From Nemertoderma westbladi (Eukaryota > Animalia > Xenacoelomorpha): DNA of 49,140 bases. The notes below the pieces were generated by a model. The model worked only from the letters and a program-made list of their open reading frames with translations, made no database searches and was not told the origin of the DNA. A program made the translations under genes and the position numbers. Positions 36,135 to 49,140 of this stretch are shown here, piece by piece. Within the stretch, counting starts at the first letter, position 1. Every line of letters starts with the position of its first letter. The stretch lies in assembly GCA_032718475.1 (NCBI GenBank), contig JAUCBJ010001441.1, positions 1 through 49,140 of the forward strand, given 5' to 3'.

Positions 36135-37719
36135 TTTAGCCGCCGTTTTAGCATATGCCAATTTGTAACCAGCGGTTTTAAAAGAGCAACCATCGGTTGA
36201 AAATTTTATACCGGAGGTTAAAAAAAGAACCGCCGAACAATTTTTTCAGTGTAGAGACGGGCACATAGGGTGCCAGAGAGTAGAAGAGTAGAGACGGGCA
36301 CATAGGGTGCCAGGTAGTAAGTTAGAGAGGTAGTAGTGTAGTAGAGAGGGCACATAGGGTGCCAGGTAGTAGAGTAGAGCAGAGGGGGCACATAGGGTGC
36401 CAGGTAGTAGAGCTAGAGAGGTAGTTGAGTAGTAGAAGGGCACATAGGGTGCCAGATAGTAGTGGTTGTGGGCACCGCAAGCGCCACGTAGTTAGAAGAG
36501 TGGAGTAGAGTTAGTAGAGCTAGTTAGTAGAGTTAGAAGAGTGGAGTAGAGTTAGCAGAGCTAGTGGAGTAGAGTTAGTAGAGCTAGTTAGCAGAGTTGG
36601 TAGACTCAGAGGAGTCAAGTAGAGTTAGTAGAAGTAGAAAGTTAGTAGGAGTTAGTTAGACTTAGTAGAGAGTTAGAGTCAGTAGAAAGTTAGAGGCTCT
36701 CAGTTAGAGCTAGAAGTAGTAAGAGTTAGTAGTTAGCAGAGTTAGTTAGATAGTTAGAGTTAGTAAGCAGTAGGTAGATAGTATGATAGCACAGGGGTAG
36801 CATTAGAGATTAAAGCCTTAGGGAGTGACAAGAGATAGCGAGAGGTGGTATGGAGATAGTGTGGAGAGAGTGTGGGCGCAATTCAAGCGTGGGGGGGGGA
36901 GAAGTGAGAGGAAGAGTGAGGGACAGGGAAGTCCAAGAGTTAGAGCAAGAGAAGAGAGCGGAGTTAGAGTGGTGAGAGTGTTGGGGAAACAAAATTGTGT
37001 GAGAGAAGCGCACGATCGGCCCGACACGAGACGCTAGAGGGTAGTGACATCATACCCATAGGGAGCGGCCTGGAAAGCCGACTCCGAAAAAATATACCCA
37101 CCCCACACCCGATGCTAGATCGGGATCCAGCGGAATTGTAGCGCACTTGAGTTGGATGCTATCTTCTCACCGGGAAGATAGCATGGGGGGGAGTGTTAGC
37201 TTATCCAATTCCGCTAACACAAACCCATAGAGTGAGCCATAAAGCAATATTGGGAGCCTATTGTCAGCCCAGTAAACGGGGACAATAGGCCCCAAAGGAG
37301 ACACACACAATAAGGGTCAGGGGTTACTCCCCTGACAAGAGAGAGAACAGCAAGGGCGAAGGGAAGCACTTCAGAGGGGGGCAAAGGGTGCCAACAGGGG
37401 TATCAACCAATCAGAGGGGGGAAAGGCATCGATTGAGTAGCAATAAGGCCACCGTGCAATATAACCAGTTACCAGTAATCATACCGGTCAGTTATTCAGT
37501 TTACTCAGTCAGATCAGTAGGGTGGAACGGGGACTTCTGTCACCGTCCGCTACCGCCATTATATATTACCTATTGTGTCATACTATATTATATCAACTGT
37601 CAGACTATTATACCTTTATACATATTACCCAACATCAGAACTCTTTTACCTTTCACACACGGCAGGGACGCGTGGGCAGAAAACCCAAACGGATAAACCG
37701 GGATCCGTAGATCCGCCCA
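36135..37719 (+). repeat. Near-identical duplicate of ~45362-46949 (CACTA right end, 3' region and LTR)
   Basis: ccgttttagcatatgcc...ttttttcagtg|tagagacgggcac... is shared; few differences. Confidence 0.95.
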
Positions 37720-37786
37720 GCTGCCCTGACAGAGATAGAACAGAGCTACCGTCCTAGCTAGCGACGACCAGCTACCAAAGACGACG

Positions 37787-40700
37787 ATGAGAGATAGAGG
37801 AACGACACCGCCGCGGACCCCGGACGACGATCTAACGATCCGCGAGGCCACGGCGAGACGATACGAACCCACGACGCCGGTCGATGCTACGCCGACCACA
37901 TCGACAACGAGCAACCCGGCGAACCAAGATGTGGGGGGTCGTCTACAACCGGAGAGCGAGTCGAGGGAAGGAGACGAGAAGGGAGAAGAAGAGAAAGACG
38001 AGTCGACGCGGAGCGAGGGTCGGCATACCGATGTCACCGGTCAGCCACAGACCGAGGACGACGGACGGTCCACCGGAACGGCGACGGTGGGGCCGCCGAT
38101 ACAACGCCGGACCCGGAGAGATGAGGGAGATGTCGGTACCGATGTCGCCGGCCAGCTACAGGCCGAGGACGACGAACGGTCCACCGGAGGGGCGACGGTG
38201 GGGCCGACGGTACGACGCCGGACACGGAAGGGTAGAGGAGATGTCGGCAACGAGGACGTCGGAGTCGGCGACCGGCTCCGACGAGCCTACCTCGCGACCC
38301 GAGAGCGACTGAGAGAGGCCAAAGGAGGGGCGAAGATAGACGAGGTGAGACTGAGGAAACGACTAGGTGAGTCGAATAGACACTTTGATTACCTAATGCG
38401 TTTTGGGCAGAGAGAACTAGCCGAGGAGAGGGCGAGGGGAGTTGCCAACGAACTGATTGAACTATGGGAGTGTAGGGGTATGGAACCTAGCGTAGTGTAC
38501 GTAGGGCCATACTTAGTCGATGCCCGGGGAGTAAAATTAGTGGGTTGGAAGAGACCTGAGGAGGGCGAATCCGAGGTTAACTCCGAGGATTCGGTCTCGT
38601 CGGTCGGAGGAAGTTCCGGGAGGCGGGGGAAAGTTAGTAGGACGGAGGGGCGGCGGGAGTCCGTCGCAACCGATAAGTCTGCTACATCCTCCGCGAAAGA
38701 AAGAAGGGTGCTGAAAATAAATCTGACGCATGAATTAGCGATGGTGGCGACAGAGCAGAATGAGTTAGAGAGACGATTGAGAGAGGAAACCGCATGGTTG
38801 GAGAGAGAAAGAGAGTGGGCAAGGGAGGATAGAGAGAGAGTCAAGGAGTGTAGAGAGCGGGAGATGAGAGTAGAGAGCGAGCCGGCGAGCTGGTTTGATA
38901 TGCTTGCGAGAGATACCGAGTTGGCCGAGCAAAGTTTACATGATTTGCGTGCCCAGCTAAGGGGGCTTGCGCAATATCAAGCCAAACTAGACCAGCGCCG
39001 ACTAGAACTGGCGCGGTTGGAAATGTCAGAGAGTGAGACCCCACTTACAGACACCGGGCGAGAGAACCAGAGCTGGTGTAGCCGTACGGGCGGGGGGGGT
39101 AGTAGTAGTACGTTAGAGACAGTTAATGTTAATAGTACCGTAGTAAATAACCCTAATCCCTTTATTGCAGCGAATAATATTTTACCTGGTAGTAGTAATT
39201 TAAATTTAAATACAAATACTCTAAATAATAATTTCAATTCAAACCCGAAAAATAATTCGAATAATAATTTAAGTTTAGAGAATAGTAGTGATCTAAGTAA
39301 TTTAAATAATAATCCCGTTTCAAATTCTAATAATTTAATTGATTTAAAAAATAATATTGGGAATGGTGCTATTAATATGAGCGTGTCGGACGTACATAAC
39401 TCAGCAGACGAGGGCCTGGTAGGCCACGTAGTTAGTAGGCAGGAAGTGGCAGGGTTGAGCCAAGCCGACGGCGGCCTGGTAGGCCACGTAGTTGGTAGGC
39501 AGAAGGTAGCGGGGTTGAGCCAACCCGAAGTGGGCCTGGTGGGCCACGCAGTAGTAGAGAGAGAGGCGGGGGTGAATAGACCCAGCCGTAGTAGAGACAG
39601 TGCGTCGACTAGAGAGGGGTGTAGAGACGAAGTAAGAGATATTGAAGTTAGATGTGGCGGGTGGGGGGGGGCTACGGGCGCCCCACCACATAAGATTAGT
39701 GGCGAAAGAGGGGGGGCAGAGAATGCCCCACAAGAGGGACGCAGAAGTGTAGTAAGAGATAGTGAAGTTAGAAGTGGCGGGTGGGGGGGGGGCTACGGAC
39801 ACCCCACCGCGAGAAGTTAGTGGCGAGAGAGGGGGGGCAGAGAATGCCCCACAAGAGGGGTATAGAAGTGTAATAAGAAATAGTGAAGTTAGAAGTGGCG
39901 GGTGGGGGGGGGCTACGGGCACCCCACCGCGAGAGATTAGTAGAGAGAGAGGGGGGGCAGAGAGTGTCCCACAGCCGTCAGCGGATAATGCGCGGGCCGA
40001 GCTAGGTAAACCGCAACACCCGGCGACGGAGAGTAATAGGGGGATTGCGAGTATCCCCAGCGGCGTGCGATCGAGCAGAGAGAGGCAGGTTGACGTCGCG
40101 AGAGGGCAGACGAAGCGTCAAGCCCGATTAGAAGAGGGAGGAGGAAGAATGGAGTTTAACCGGGAGGTCGACGAGAGATCTCACGAGCCGGAATACTACA
40201 CAGAAAAGAGAAGAAGAGAAGATAGTAGAAGAAGTGTCGCCACGAATGATAGGAGTGCGAGGACGGATAACAAACCGTCGATAGTAGAGATGGAGTCAGG
40301 GAGCCAGTGGGGTCGAACTTCGGGAGATTGCCGTCGCCCCGGAGAAACGCACCGTACGCCAAGAGAGGGGTACAAGACGTACCAATACAAAGTCGAGAAC
40401 AGGAGAGGGGATCGAAGAGAAGCTTCCCGACGGGATATAGCTGCCGATCGAGAGTGCAGTAGTCGCGGGGAGATTCGAGATTCGCGAAGAATAAACTTCG
40501 GTTCGGAAGGGCACATGCAGACTGCAGGACATACTGTAGGCCTTACTGCACATACTATTATAGGCCATGCTGGGAGAGATAGAGTAGGCGATGGGGTAGC
40601 GCGAACGACGGGATTAAACCCGGAAGTCGCGGAGTACATACCGGTAGGTAGGCGAGAGGTAGGTAGGCCTATATCGGTACAGCAGCATGACTATAATACA

Positions 40701-41669
40701 CAGGGACATAACATATATCCAGGGGAGGGGGGAGTTATTGGAGATAGACGTATGGGCCCCAATGTATTAACATCAACCCCAGTACCAAACATACCGGCCG
40801 GGGGGGGACAGGGTGACATTCCCCCATCACAATATCGACAATATACCCCGATAGGAGCAAGAACATCGAACTCCCTGGACGAGAGCAGGTCGTGCGGACA
40901 GTCAATACCACACGCGGCCGTACAGGGGACTACTAGTCCACAGTTAGCTGGGAGCAGGGCCACACCGTGGCAGGGACAGAAAGAAAATAACACCATATAT
41001 AATAAACACAATCCCAATATACCCAGTAGGCCGAGTCTAGACAACCAAAACACTAAATCGGTACATATAAACCTAAGCGCGATACGTGAAGGACTATACA
41101 GGAAACGCTATAATCCAGGATTCCAATGTCAATTACATCGGGACGGAACCCATAAGACTAGGAGTTGTAAGTACTGGCAAGCGTTGCCCAAACGAGATCG
41201 TGTAGCCTACACAGACGCAAACGGACTATGTCATCGATGTGTGGTAAAAGGACACAGATCCGGAGAGTGTTGGAAAGGGAGAGGATATGAAAGGAATAAA
41301 CCAGGGGCAGAGAAGCCCATTAGCAAACATAAGGGATTTGGGAAAGTAGGAGGAGGCGTGTTGCATACACACGCAGGACGGACACAGTGCGTGGGGGCAT
41401 TGCACGGGCAGACACCGCGTATACCGAGGGACGAGCGGGGGTCGTCGAGGGCTCTAATGCCAGCGCACATACGAAGGGGGAGGCCAGCAAAGGTGGCACC
41501 GAAGAGAATGTGGCGAAGAGTTAGAGGACGTATAGGAGGGCAGCAGGAGAGTGCCTACCAGAAGAAGGGGCACGTGAGAGTTTTTAGTCGTCCAAAGTTT
41601 TGGACTGAGGGGGGTGGGAATGAGGGCGAGACGCCCTTCCCACGCACAAAATATAAAATAATTATTTAA
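37787..41669 (+). pseudogene. gag: Gag-like polyprotein with a frameshift in a G-run (~39784-39792) and deletions removing the capsid core and protease
   Basis: Colinear with 17052-13170 (RLGESNRHF, VYVGPYLVDARG, EDSVSSV, CQLHRDGTHKTRSC, LCHRCVVKGHRSGEC); jumps from DESRSC to GQSIPHAA at ~40895. Confidence 0.85.
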
Positions 41670-41699
41670 TTAAAATTAAGAAAATAATTAAATAATAGA

Positions 41700-42725
41700 G
41701 TAGGTAGAAGTTAGGTAGTTAGTTAGAAGAGTTAGTAGGAGGGTACGTGTAGTACCGTTAGTAGAAGAGTTAGTAGGAGGGTACGTGTAGTACCGTTAGT
41801 AGAAGAGTTAGTAGGAGGGTACGTGTAGTACCGTTAGTAGAAGAGTTAGTAGGAGGGTACGTGTAGTACCGTTAGAGAGTTAGTAAGAGTAAGAGTTAGA
41901 AGGTACGTAGTACCTAGTTAGAGTTAGAGTTAGTAGGTACGTAGTACCGTTAGAGAGTTAGTAAGAGTTAGTAGGTACGTAGTACCTAGTTAGAGTTAGA
42001 GTTAGTAGGTACGTAGTACCTAGTTAGAGTTAGAGTTAGTAGGTACGTAGTACCTAGTTAGAGTTAGAGTTAGAGGGTACGTAGTACCAATAGTTAGTTA
42101 GAGTTAGAGGGTACGTAGTACCGATAGTTAGAGAGTTAGTAGGTACGTAGTACCTAGTTAGAGTTAGAGTTAGAGGGTACGTAGTACCGATAGTTAGAGA
42201 GTTAGAGGGTACGTAGTACCAATAGTTAGTTAGAGTTAGTAGGTACGTAGTACCTAGTTAGAGTTAGAGTTAGTAGGTACGTAGTACCGTTAGCTAGAGT
42301 AGTAAGAGGGTACGTTGTACCGCTAGCTAGTAGAGAGAGCTAGAGTAGTAAGAGGGTACGTAGTACCGCTAGTTAGGGGTGTTAGTAGTAGCAGTAGAGG
42401 GTTGTGGGCACCGTAAGCGCCACGTAGTTAGAGTTAGTAGGGAATGCGCTGAACTTAGTGGGGCACGGGCGTGATGATGTGTTTGATGTAAGAGCAGGGT
42501 ATGTTAATTAGGGTGGGTGCCGGGCACAAGAGGTGCCGGGCACAAAAAGAGTTAGTAGTAGAGTTAGTTGAGTTAGTAGTAGAGTTAGTTGAGTTAGTAG
42601 TAGAGTTAGTTGAGTTAGTAGAGAGTTAGTAGAGTTAGAAGGTGCCGGGCACAAGAGGTGCCGGGCACAAAAAGAGTTAGTAGAGTTAGAAGAGAGTTAG
42701 TAGAGTTAGTAGAGTCAGTAGTAGT
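41700..42725 (+). repeat. Cytosine-poor minisatellite region (38-bp unit x4, then ggtacgtagtacc variants and tagagt repeats)
   Basis: gttagtaggagggtacgtgtagtaccgttagtagaaga at 41731, 41769, 41807 and 41845. Confidence 0.9.
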
Positions 42726-42984
42726 TCACATAATTAACGTACCCACTCTGCCGGCACTCAGAGCGTCACGTGTAGGCGATGAGACGTAAAGGGGATGTAG
42801 AGGAGTACACTGAAAAATCGTACCAGTGGTTCTTTTTTAAAAAACCTCTGGTTTTCGAAAATAACCCCAGGTTAATTTGGTGAATTTTTGACCTGCGGTT
42901 AATTCGAGGAACCAGAGGTTTATCGATTCAAAGATAACCTGTGGTTAAATTTAATAAATTAAACCTCAGGTTGTTTTTCGTATA

Positions 42985-43600
42985 ACAACCAGTGGTTGTG
43001 CTTAAGTTCAATGGTGTTTCAGGTTTCAAATAAATGATTTAACCTGTGGTTAATTTAAGATCAACCGGTGTTTCGGGTTTCAAATATATGGTTTAACCTG
43101 TGGTTAATTTAAGATCAACCGGTGTTTTTTTTCAAAATAAATGGTTAAACCTGCGTTTAATGTGGATCAACCGTTGTTTCAGGTTTCAAATATATGGTTT
43201 AACCTGTGGTTAATTTAAGTTCAACCGGTGTTTTTTTTCAAAATAAATGGTTAAACCTGCGTTTAATGTGGATCAACCGTTGTTTCAGGTTTCAAATATA
43301 TGGTTTAACCTGTGGTTAATTTAAGATCAACCGGTGTTTCGGGTTTCAAATATATGGTTTAACCTGTGGTTAATTTAAGATCAACCGGTGTTTTTTTTCA
43401 AAATAAATGGTTAAACCTGCGTTTAATGTGGATCAACCGTTGTTTCAGGTTTCAAATATATGGTTTAACCTGTGGTTAATTTAAGTTCAACCGGTGTTTC
43501 GGGTTTCAAATATATGGTTTAACCTGTGGTTAATTTAAGATCAACCGGTGTTTCAGGTTTCAAATGAGGATCAAGTCGGTGTTTTAGATTTCAAATAAAT
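42985..43600. repeat. Subterminal tandem repeats (~45-bp units in alternating variants)
   Basis: tttcaaatatatggtttaacctgtggttaatttaagatcaaccggtg is repeated. Confidence 0.9.
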
Positions 43601-43727
43601 GGTTTATTGAATATCAAATATAATATCAAATATCAAATATGTTTATCAAATATAAATGATATAATCAAATTATTGAATAAATGAATTTACAGTTTCCTAA
43701 ATCTTAAATGATAATGTATTGAACCAT

Positions 43728-44204
43728 TTACTCTTCCTGATATGGACAATCATTTTTCCTAACAGACATTGCGGTATATTCTTCATCAATGTCATCAAGT
43801 CCCTTTAGAAATTTGACTGTAGACGAAGCCTTCCTTTTCCCATGCTGCTCGCGATTTTCAAAATATGGAACAATGTATTCCCCAGTGTCTTTAATCCATG
43901 AGAAATTGTTAGAACCAAAGAAGTAAATCCACTTGAAGTTGTCCCCTGGATGCTTTGGCTTGGGCATTGCGGAACCCTCTGGAGCTCTTTCAGTTCGGGC
44001 AGGCCAGAATGGTTTTGTTATACGTTGCCGCGCCCAAACCAACTCACCAACATAGTCACCCTCATCTCGACTATCAGATGGACCACTGCAGGTACTAGAC
44101 GATTTAGATCCATAATTACAATTAACTGTATTTCCCGTTGTCCACCCTCCTACAGCCGACAGTCCTACTCCTGTACTCTCAACGCTCAAACTACACTCTG
44201 ACAC
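43728..44204 (-). CDS. PWWP-domain ORF or exon carried inside the CACTA element
   Basis: YVGELVWARQRITKPFWPAR...KWIYFFGSNNFSWIK...IVPY...KFLKGLDDI follows the PWWP fold pattern. There is no upstream ATG; a possible acceptor (ctgtag) lies near 44204 and a possible donor (gtaaat) near 43731. Confidence 0.8.
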   Translation of the reverse strand: MSECSLSVESTGVGLSAVGGWTTGNTVNCNYGSKSSSTCSGPSDSRDEGDYVGELVWARQRITKPFWPARTERAPEGSAMPKPKHPGDNFKWIYFFGSNNFSWIKDTGEYIVPYFENREQHGKRKASSTVKFLKGLDDIDEEYTAMSVRKNDCPYQEE

Positions 44205-45159
44205 TACAGACTAGACTAGGCCTACTACACAATAGGACAGGTCCCGTCTGGCAAAACAAAAAGAGTACACTACCCTACACAGCCCTACTACAGCAGTACT
44301 GTACTACTGTTCTGTACTACCGGCAACCGGTACCACTACTGTACCAGTGGCAGTGATACACTGCATCACTGTAATCAAATTTCGGGATTGTACTGGTACA
44401 ACAAAAAATGACTGAATTATGATAGGCCTATGACAGTATGAACAAATTGCAGAATTAGCGGTCAACTTATGGCGGTTTATTCAAATATCCCTAAGACATA
44501 CATTGTAATTTATAACACATTTTTGTTCAACATGATATAGTAGCATTCAACAAATATAAGGGAATGCTTGATTTATGTTATAAATAATGTAAAACATGTA
44601 AATCATGTTAAACAATCGTTAAATATTTACCTGATAAAACATGTTACATAAAAACGTACTTAACAAACGTATTAATATTGTTTACATGATTGGATATTAT
44701 GTTATTGTGATGGATGTTCAATTAACATGTGGATCAACAACATTTTAGAAAGAAACTATGAAACATGAGCATGTTTACTATATGTTGTCAACCACAGGTT
44801 GTTTTAAGTTTTCAACCACCGTTCCATGTAAGTTGTAGACCACCGGTTATTCTAAGTCTTCAACCACCGTTACCTTGTAAACATACGGTGATTTAATTTT
44901 TGTAAACCACCGGTTAAGTTATCCACTACCGTTTACTGTGTTGTAAACAAACTGTGATTTGAATTTTTGTAAACCACCGGTTATTCTAAGTTTTCAACCA
45001 CCGTTTACTGTGTTTTAAATCAACGGTTATATGTATTTTTCAACCAATCGATTAATGTAAGTTTTAAACCACCGGTTACTTTGTATCAAATAATATGAAC
45101 CGCCGTTTATTCCTAAGTCAAACACTGTTTCTGTTTTATGATAGCAATTACAATCCGGA

Positions 45160-45376
45160 AAACCACCGTTTCAATGTAACACTGCAGTTTGGGAAAATTT
45201 AAACCACCGTTTCAATGTAACACTGCACTTTGGGAAAATTTAAACCACCGTTTCAATGTAACACTGCAGTTTGGGAAAATTTAAACCACCGTTTCAATGT
45301 AACACTGCAGTTTGGGAAAATTTAAACCACCGTTTCAATGTAACACTGCACTTTGGGAAAATTTAAACCACCGTTT
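45160..45376. repeat. 41-bp tandem repeat x5 (CACTA right subterminal region)
   Basis: aaaccaccgtttcaatgtaacactgca(g/c)tttgggaaaattt. Confidence 0.95.
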
Positions 45377-46949
45377 TAGCATATGCCAATTTGTAACCAG
45401 CGGTTTTAAAAGAGCAACCATCGGTTGAAAATTTTATACCGGAGGTTAAAAAAAGAACCGCCGAACAATTTTTTCAGTGTAGAGACGGGCACATAGGGTG
45501 CCAGAGAGTAGAAGAGTAGAGACGGGCACATAGGGTGCCAGGTAGTAAGTTAGAGAGGTAGTAGTGTAGTAGAGAGGGCACATAGGGTGCCAGGTAGTAG
45601 AGTAGAGCAGAGGGGGCACATAGGGTGCCAGGTAGTAGAGCTAGAGAGGTAGTTGAGTAGTAGAAGGGCACATAGGGTGCCAGATAGTAGAGTGGTTGTG
45701 GGCACCGCAAGCGCCACGTAGTTAGAAGAGTGGAGTAGAGTTAGTAGAGCTAGTTAGTAGAGTTAGAAGAGTGGAGTAGAGTTAGCAGAGCTAGTGGAGT
45801 AGAGTTAGTAGAGCTAGTTAGCAGAGTTGGTAGACTCAGAGGAGTCAAGTAGAGTTAGTAGAAGTAGAAAGTTAGTAGGAGTTAGTTAGACTTAGTAGAG
45901 AGTTAGAGTCAGTAGAAAGTTAGAGGCTCTCAGTTAGAGCTAGAAGTAGTAAGAGTTAGTAGTTAGCAGAGTTAGTTAGATAGTTAGAGTTAGTAAGCAG
46001 TAGGTAGATAGTATGATAGCACAGGGGTAGCATTAGAGATTAAAGCCTTAGGGAGTGACAAGAGATAGCGAGAGGTGGTATGGAGATAGTGTGGAGAGAG
46101 TGTGGGCGCAATTCAAGCGTGGGGGGGGAGAAGTGAGAGGAAGAGTGAGGGACAGGGAAGTCCAAGAGTTAGAGCAAGAGAAGAGAGCGGAGTTAGAGTG
46201 GTGAGAGTGTTGGGGAAACAAAATTGTGTGAGAGAAGCGCACGATCGGCCCGACACGAGACGCTAGAGGGTAGTGACATCATACCCATAGGGAGCGGCCT
46301 GGAAAGCCGACTCCGAAAAAATATACCCACCCCACACCCGATGCTAGATCGGGATCCAGCGGAATTGTAGCGCACTTGAGTTGGATGCTATCTTCTCACC
46401 GGGAAGATAGCATGGGGGGGAGTGTTAGCTTATCCAATTCCGCTAACACAAACCCATAGAGTGAGCCATAAAGCAATATTGGGAGCCTATTGTCAGCCCA
46501 GTAAACGGGGACAATAGGCCCCAAAGGAGACACACACAATAAGGGTCAGGGGTTACTCCCCTGACAAGAGAGAGAACAGCAAGGGCGAAGGGAAGCACTT
46601 CAGAGGGGGGCAAAGGGTGCCAACAGGGGTATCAACCAATCAGAGGGGGGAAAGGCATCGATTGAGTAGCAATAAGGCCACCGTGCAATATAACCAGTTA
46701 CCAGTAATCATACCGGTCAGTTATTCAGTTTACTCAGTCAGATCAGTAGGGTGGAACGGGGACTTCTGTCACCGTCCGCTACCGCCATTATATATACCTA
46801 TTGTGTCATACTATATTATATCAACTGTCAGACTATTATACCTTTATACATATTACCCAACATCAGAACTCTTTTACCTTTCACACACGGCGGCGACGCG
46901 TGGGCAGAAAACCCAAACGGATAAACCGGGATCCGTAGATCCCGTCACA

Positions 46950-49140
46950 ATAATGCTTAATTGTTTTTTTATTAATGTAGGAAACTGATTTTATGAATAA
47001 TGCTTAATTGTTTTTTTCATTAATGTACAAAACTGATTTTATGAATAATGCTTAATTGTTTTTTTATTAATGTAGGAAACTGATTTTATGAATAATGCTT
47101 AATTGTTTTTTTATTAATGTAGGAAACTGATTTTATAAATAATGCTTAATTGTTTTTTTTATTAATGTAGGAAACTGATGTTATGAATAATGCTTAATTG
47201 TTTTTTTCATTAATGTACAAAACTGATTTTATGAATAATGCTTAATTGTTTTTTTCATTAATGTACGAAACTGATTTTATGAATAATGCTTCATTGTTTT
47301 TTCATTAATGTACAAAACTGATTTTATGAATAATGCTTAATTGTTTTTTTCATTAATGTACAAAACTGATTTTATGAATAATGCTTAATTGTTTTTTTCA
47401 TTAATGTACGAAACTGATTTTGCGAATAATGCTTCATTGTTTTTTCATTAATGTACAAAACTGATTTTATGAATAATGCTTAATTGTTTTTTTCATTAAT
47501 GTACGAAACTGATTTTATGAATAATGCTTCATTGTTTTTTCATTAATGTACAAAACTGATTTTATGAATAATGCTTAATTGTTTTTTTCATTAATGTACA
47601 AAACTGATTTTATGAATAATGCTTAATTGTTTTTTTCATTAATGTACGAAACTGATTTTATGAATAATGCTTAATTGTTTTTTTCATTAATGTACGAAAC
47701 TGATTTTATGAATAATGCTTAATTGTTTTTTTCATTAATGTAGGAAACTGATTTTATGAATAATGCTTCATTGTTTTTTCATTAATGTACAAAACTGATT
47801 TTATGAATAATGCTTAATTGTTTTTTTCATTAATGTACGAAACTGATTTTATGAATAATGCTTAATTGTTTTTTTCATTAATGTAGGAAACTGATTTTAT
47901 GAATAATGCTTCATTGTTTTTTCATTAATGTACAAAACTGATTTTATGAATAATGCTTAATTGTTTTTTTCATTAATGTACAAAACTGATTTTATGAATA
48001 ATGCTTAATTGTTTTTTTCATTAATGTACAAAACTGATGTTATGAATAATGCTTAATTGTTTTTTTCATTAATGTACGAAACTGATTTTATGAATAATGC
48101 TTAATTGTTTTTTTCATTAATGTACGAAACTGATTTTATGAATAATGCTTAATTGTTTTTTTCATTAATGTACGAAACTGATTTTATGAATAATGCTTAA
48201 TTGTTTTTTTATTAATGTAGGAAACTGATGTTATGAATAATGCTTAATTGTTTTTTCATTAATGTACAAAACTGATTTTATGAATAATGCTTAATTGTTT
48301 TTTTCATTAATGTACAAAACTGATTTTATGAATAATGCTTAATTGTTTTTTTCATTAATGTACGAAACTGATTTTATGAATAATGCTTAATTGTTTTTTT
48401 ATTAATGTAGGAAACTGATGTTATGAATAATGCTTAATTGTTTTTTTCATTAATGTACGAAACTGATTTTATGAATAATGCTTAATTGTTTTTTTATTAA
48501 TGTAGGAAACTGATTTTATGAATAATGCTTAATTGTTTTTTTCATTAAATGTACGAAACTGATTTTATGAATAATGCTTCATTGTTTTTTCATTAATGTA
48601 CAAAACTGATTTTATGAATAATGCTTAATTGTTTTTTTCATTAATGTACAAAACTGACTTTATGAATAATGCTTAATTGTTTTTTTCATTAATGTACGAA
48701 ACTGATTTTATGAATAATGCTTAATTGTTTTTTTATTAATGTAGGAAACTGATTTTATGAATAATGCTTCATTGTTTTTTCATTAATGTACAAAACTGAT
48801 TTTATGAATAATGCTTAATTGTTTTTTTCATTAATGTACGAAACTGATTTTATGAATAATGCTTAATTGTTTTTTTCATTAATGTACAAAACTGATTTTA
48901 TGAATAATGCTTAATTGTTTTTTTCATTAATGTACGAAACTGATTTTATGAATAATGCTTCATTGTTTTTTCATTAATGTACAAAACTGATTTTATGAAT
49001 AATGCTTAATTGTTTTTTTCATTAATGTACGAAACTGATTTTATGAATAATGCTTAATTGTTTTTTTATTAATGTAGGAAACTGATTTTATGAATAATGC
49101 TTAATTGTTTTTTTCATTAATGTACGAAACTGATTTTATG
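46950..49140. repeat. ~47-bp satellite array (right block, runs off the window)
   Basis: Same unit; resumes in register after the ATAAT TSD. Confidence 0.99.

Larger units (their letters stand above)
42808..45479. mobile_element. Non-autonomous EnSpm/CACTA-type DNA transposon (2672 bp)
   Basis: ta|CACTGAAAAA ... TTTTTCAGTG|ta (2-bp TA TSD); dense subterminal aacc(N)ggtt/aaccaccg repeats at both ends; no transposase. Confidence 0.85.
36017..46949 (+). mobile_element. BEL/Pao-related non-autonomous LTR element with three LTR copies, inserted in the satellite
   Basis: TGTTAGC...CCCGTCACA; TSD ATAAT (36012-36016, 46950-46954); LTRs at 36017-36134 (partial), 37194-~37719 and 46423-46949; PPT GGGGGGGAG before the latter two. 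Confidence 0.9.

Noticed and set aside
25626-49140. ctgat...gaaa in the satellite monomer as a hammerhead core
   Set aside because: There is no CUGANGA box and no supporting stems.

Overview
AT-rich animal (probably invertebrate) genomic DNA made almost entirely of nested mobile elements and satellite. Three phase-compatible exons of a + strand beta/gamma-crystallin-domain host gene (4400-4539, 7165-7282, 23247-23397) are missed or only partly caught by the ORF track. Mobile elements: an IS3EU-like DDE transposon with an intact spliced transposase (left edge to 3105); four members of a BEL/Pao-related LTR family (5' fragment 3106-~4128, solo LTR 4801-6208, complete gag-pro-only element 9214-17772 with TSD TTTGT, three-LTR element 36017-46949 with TSD ATAAT); RTE and CR1-group LINE fragments; a ~47-bp satellite (25626-36016, 46950-end) carrying two inverted TTAA-targeting MITEs; and a CACTG...CAGTG (EnSpm/CACTA-type) element carrying a PWWP-domain ORF. 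Most interesting: (i) the LTR family has no tRNA-type PBS, and two copies have a 10-nt PBS-position sequence exactly complementary to a site inside their own LTR, suggesting Tf1-like self-priming in a BEL/Pao-type lineage; (ii) in place of pol, the elements carry arrays of small hairpins on cytosine-poor linkers; (iii) two degenerate type III hammerhead motifs lie in a ~295-bp tandem/inverted repeat (retrozyme- or Penelope-like); (iv) a chromatin-reader exon sits inside a CACTA element. All calls were made by eye, with no database searches.
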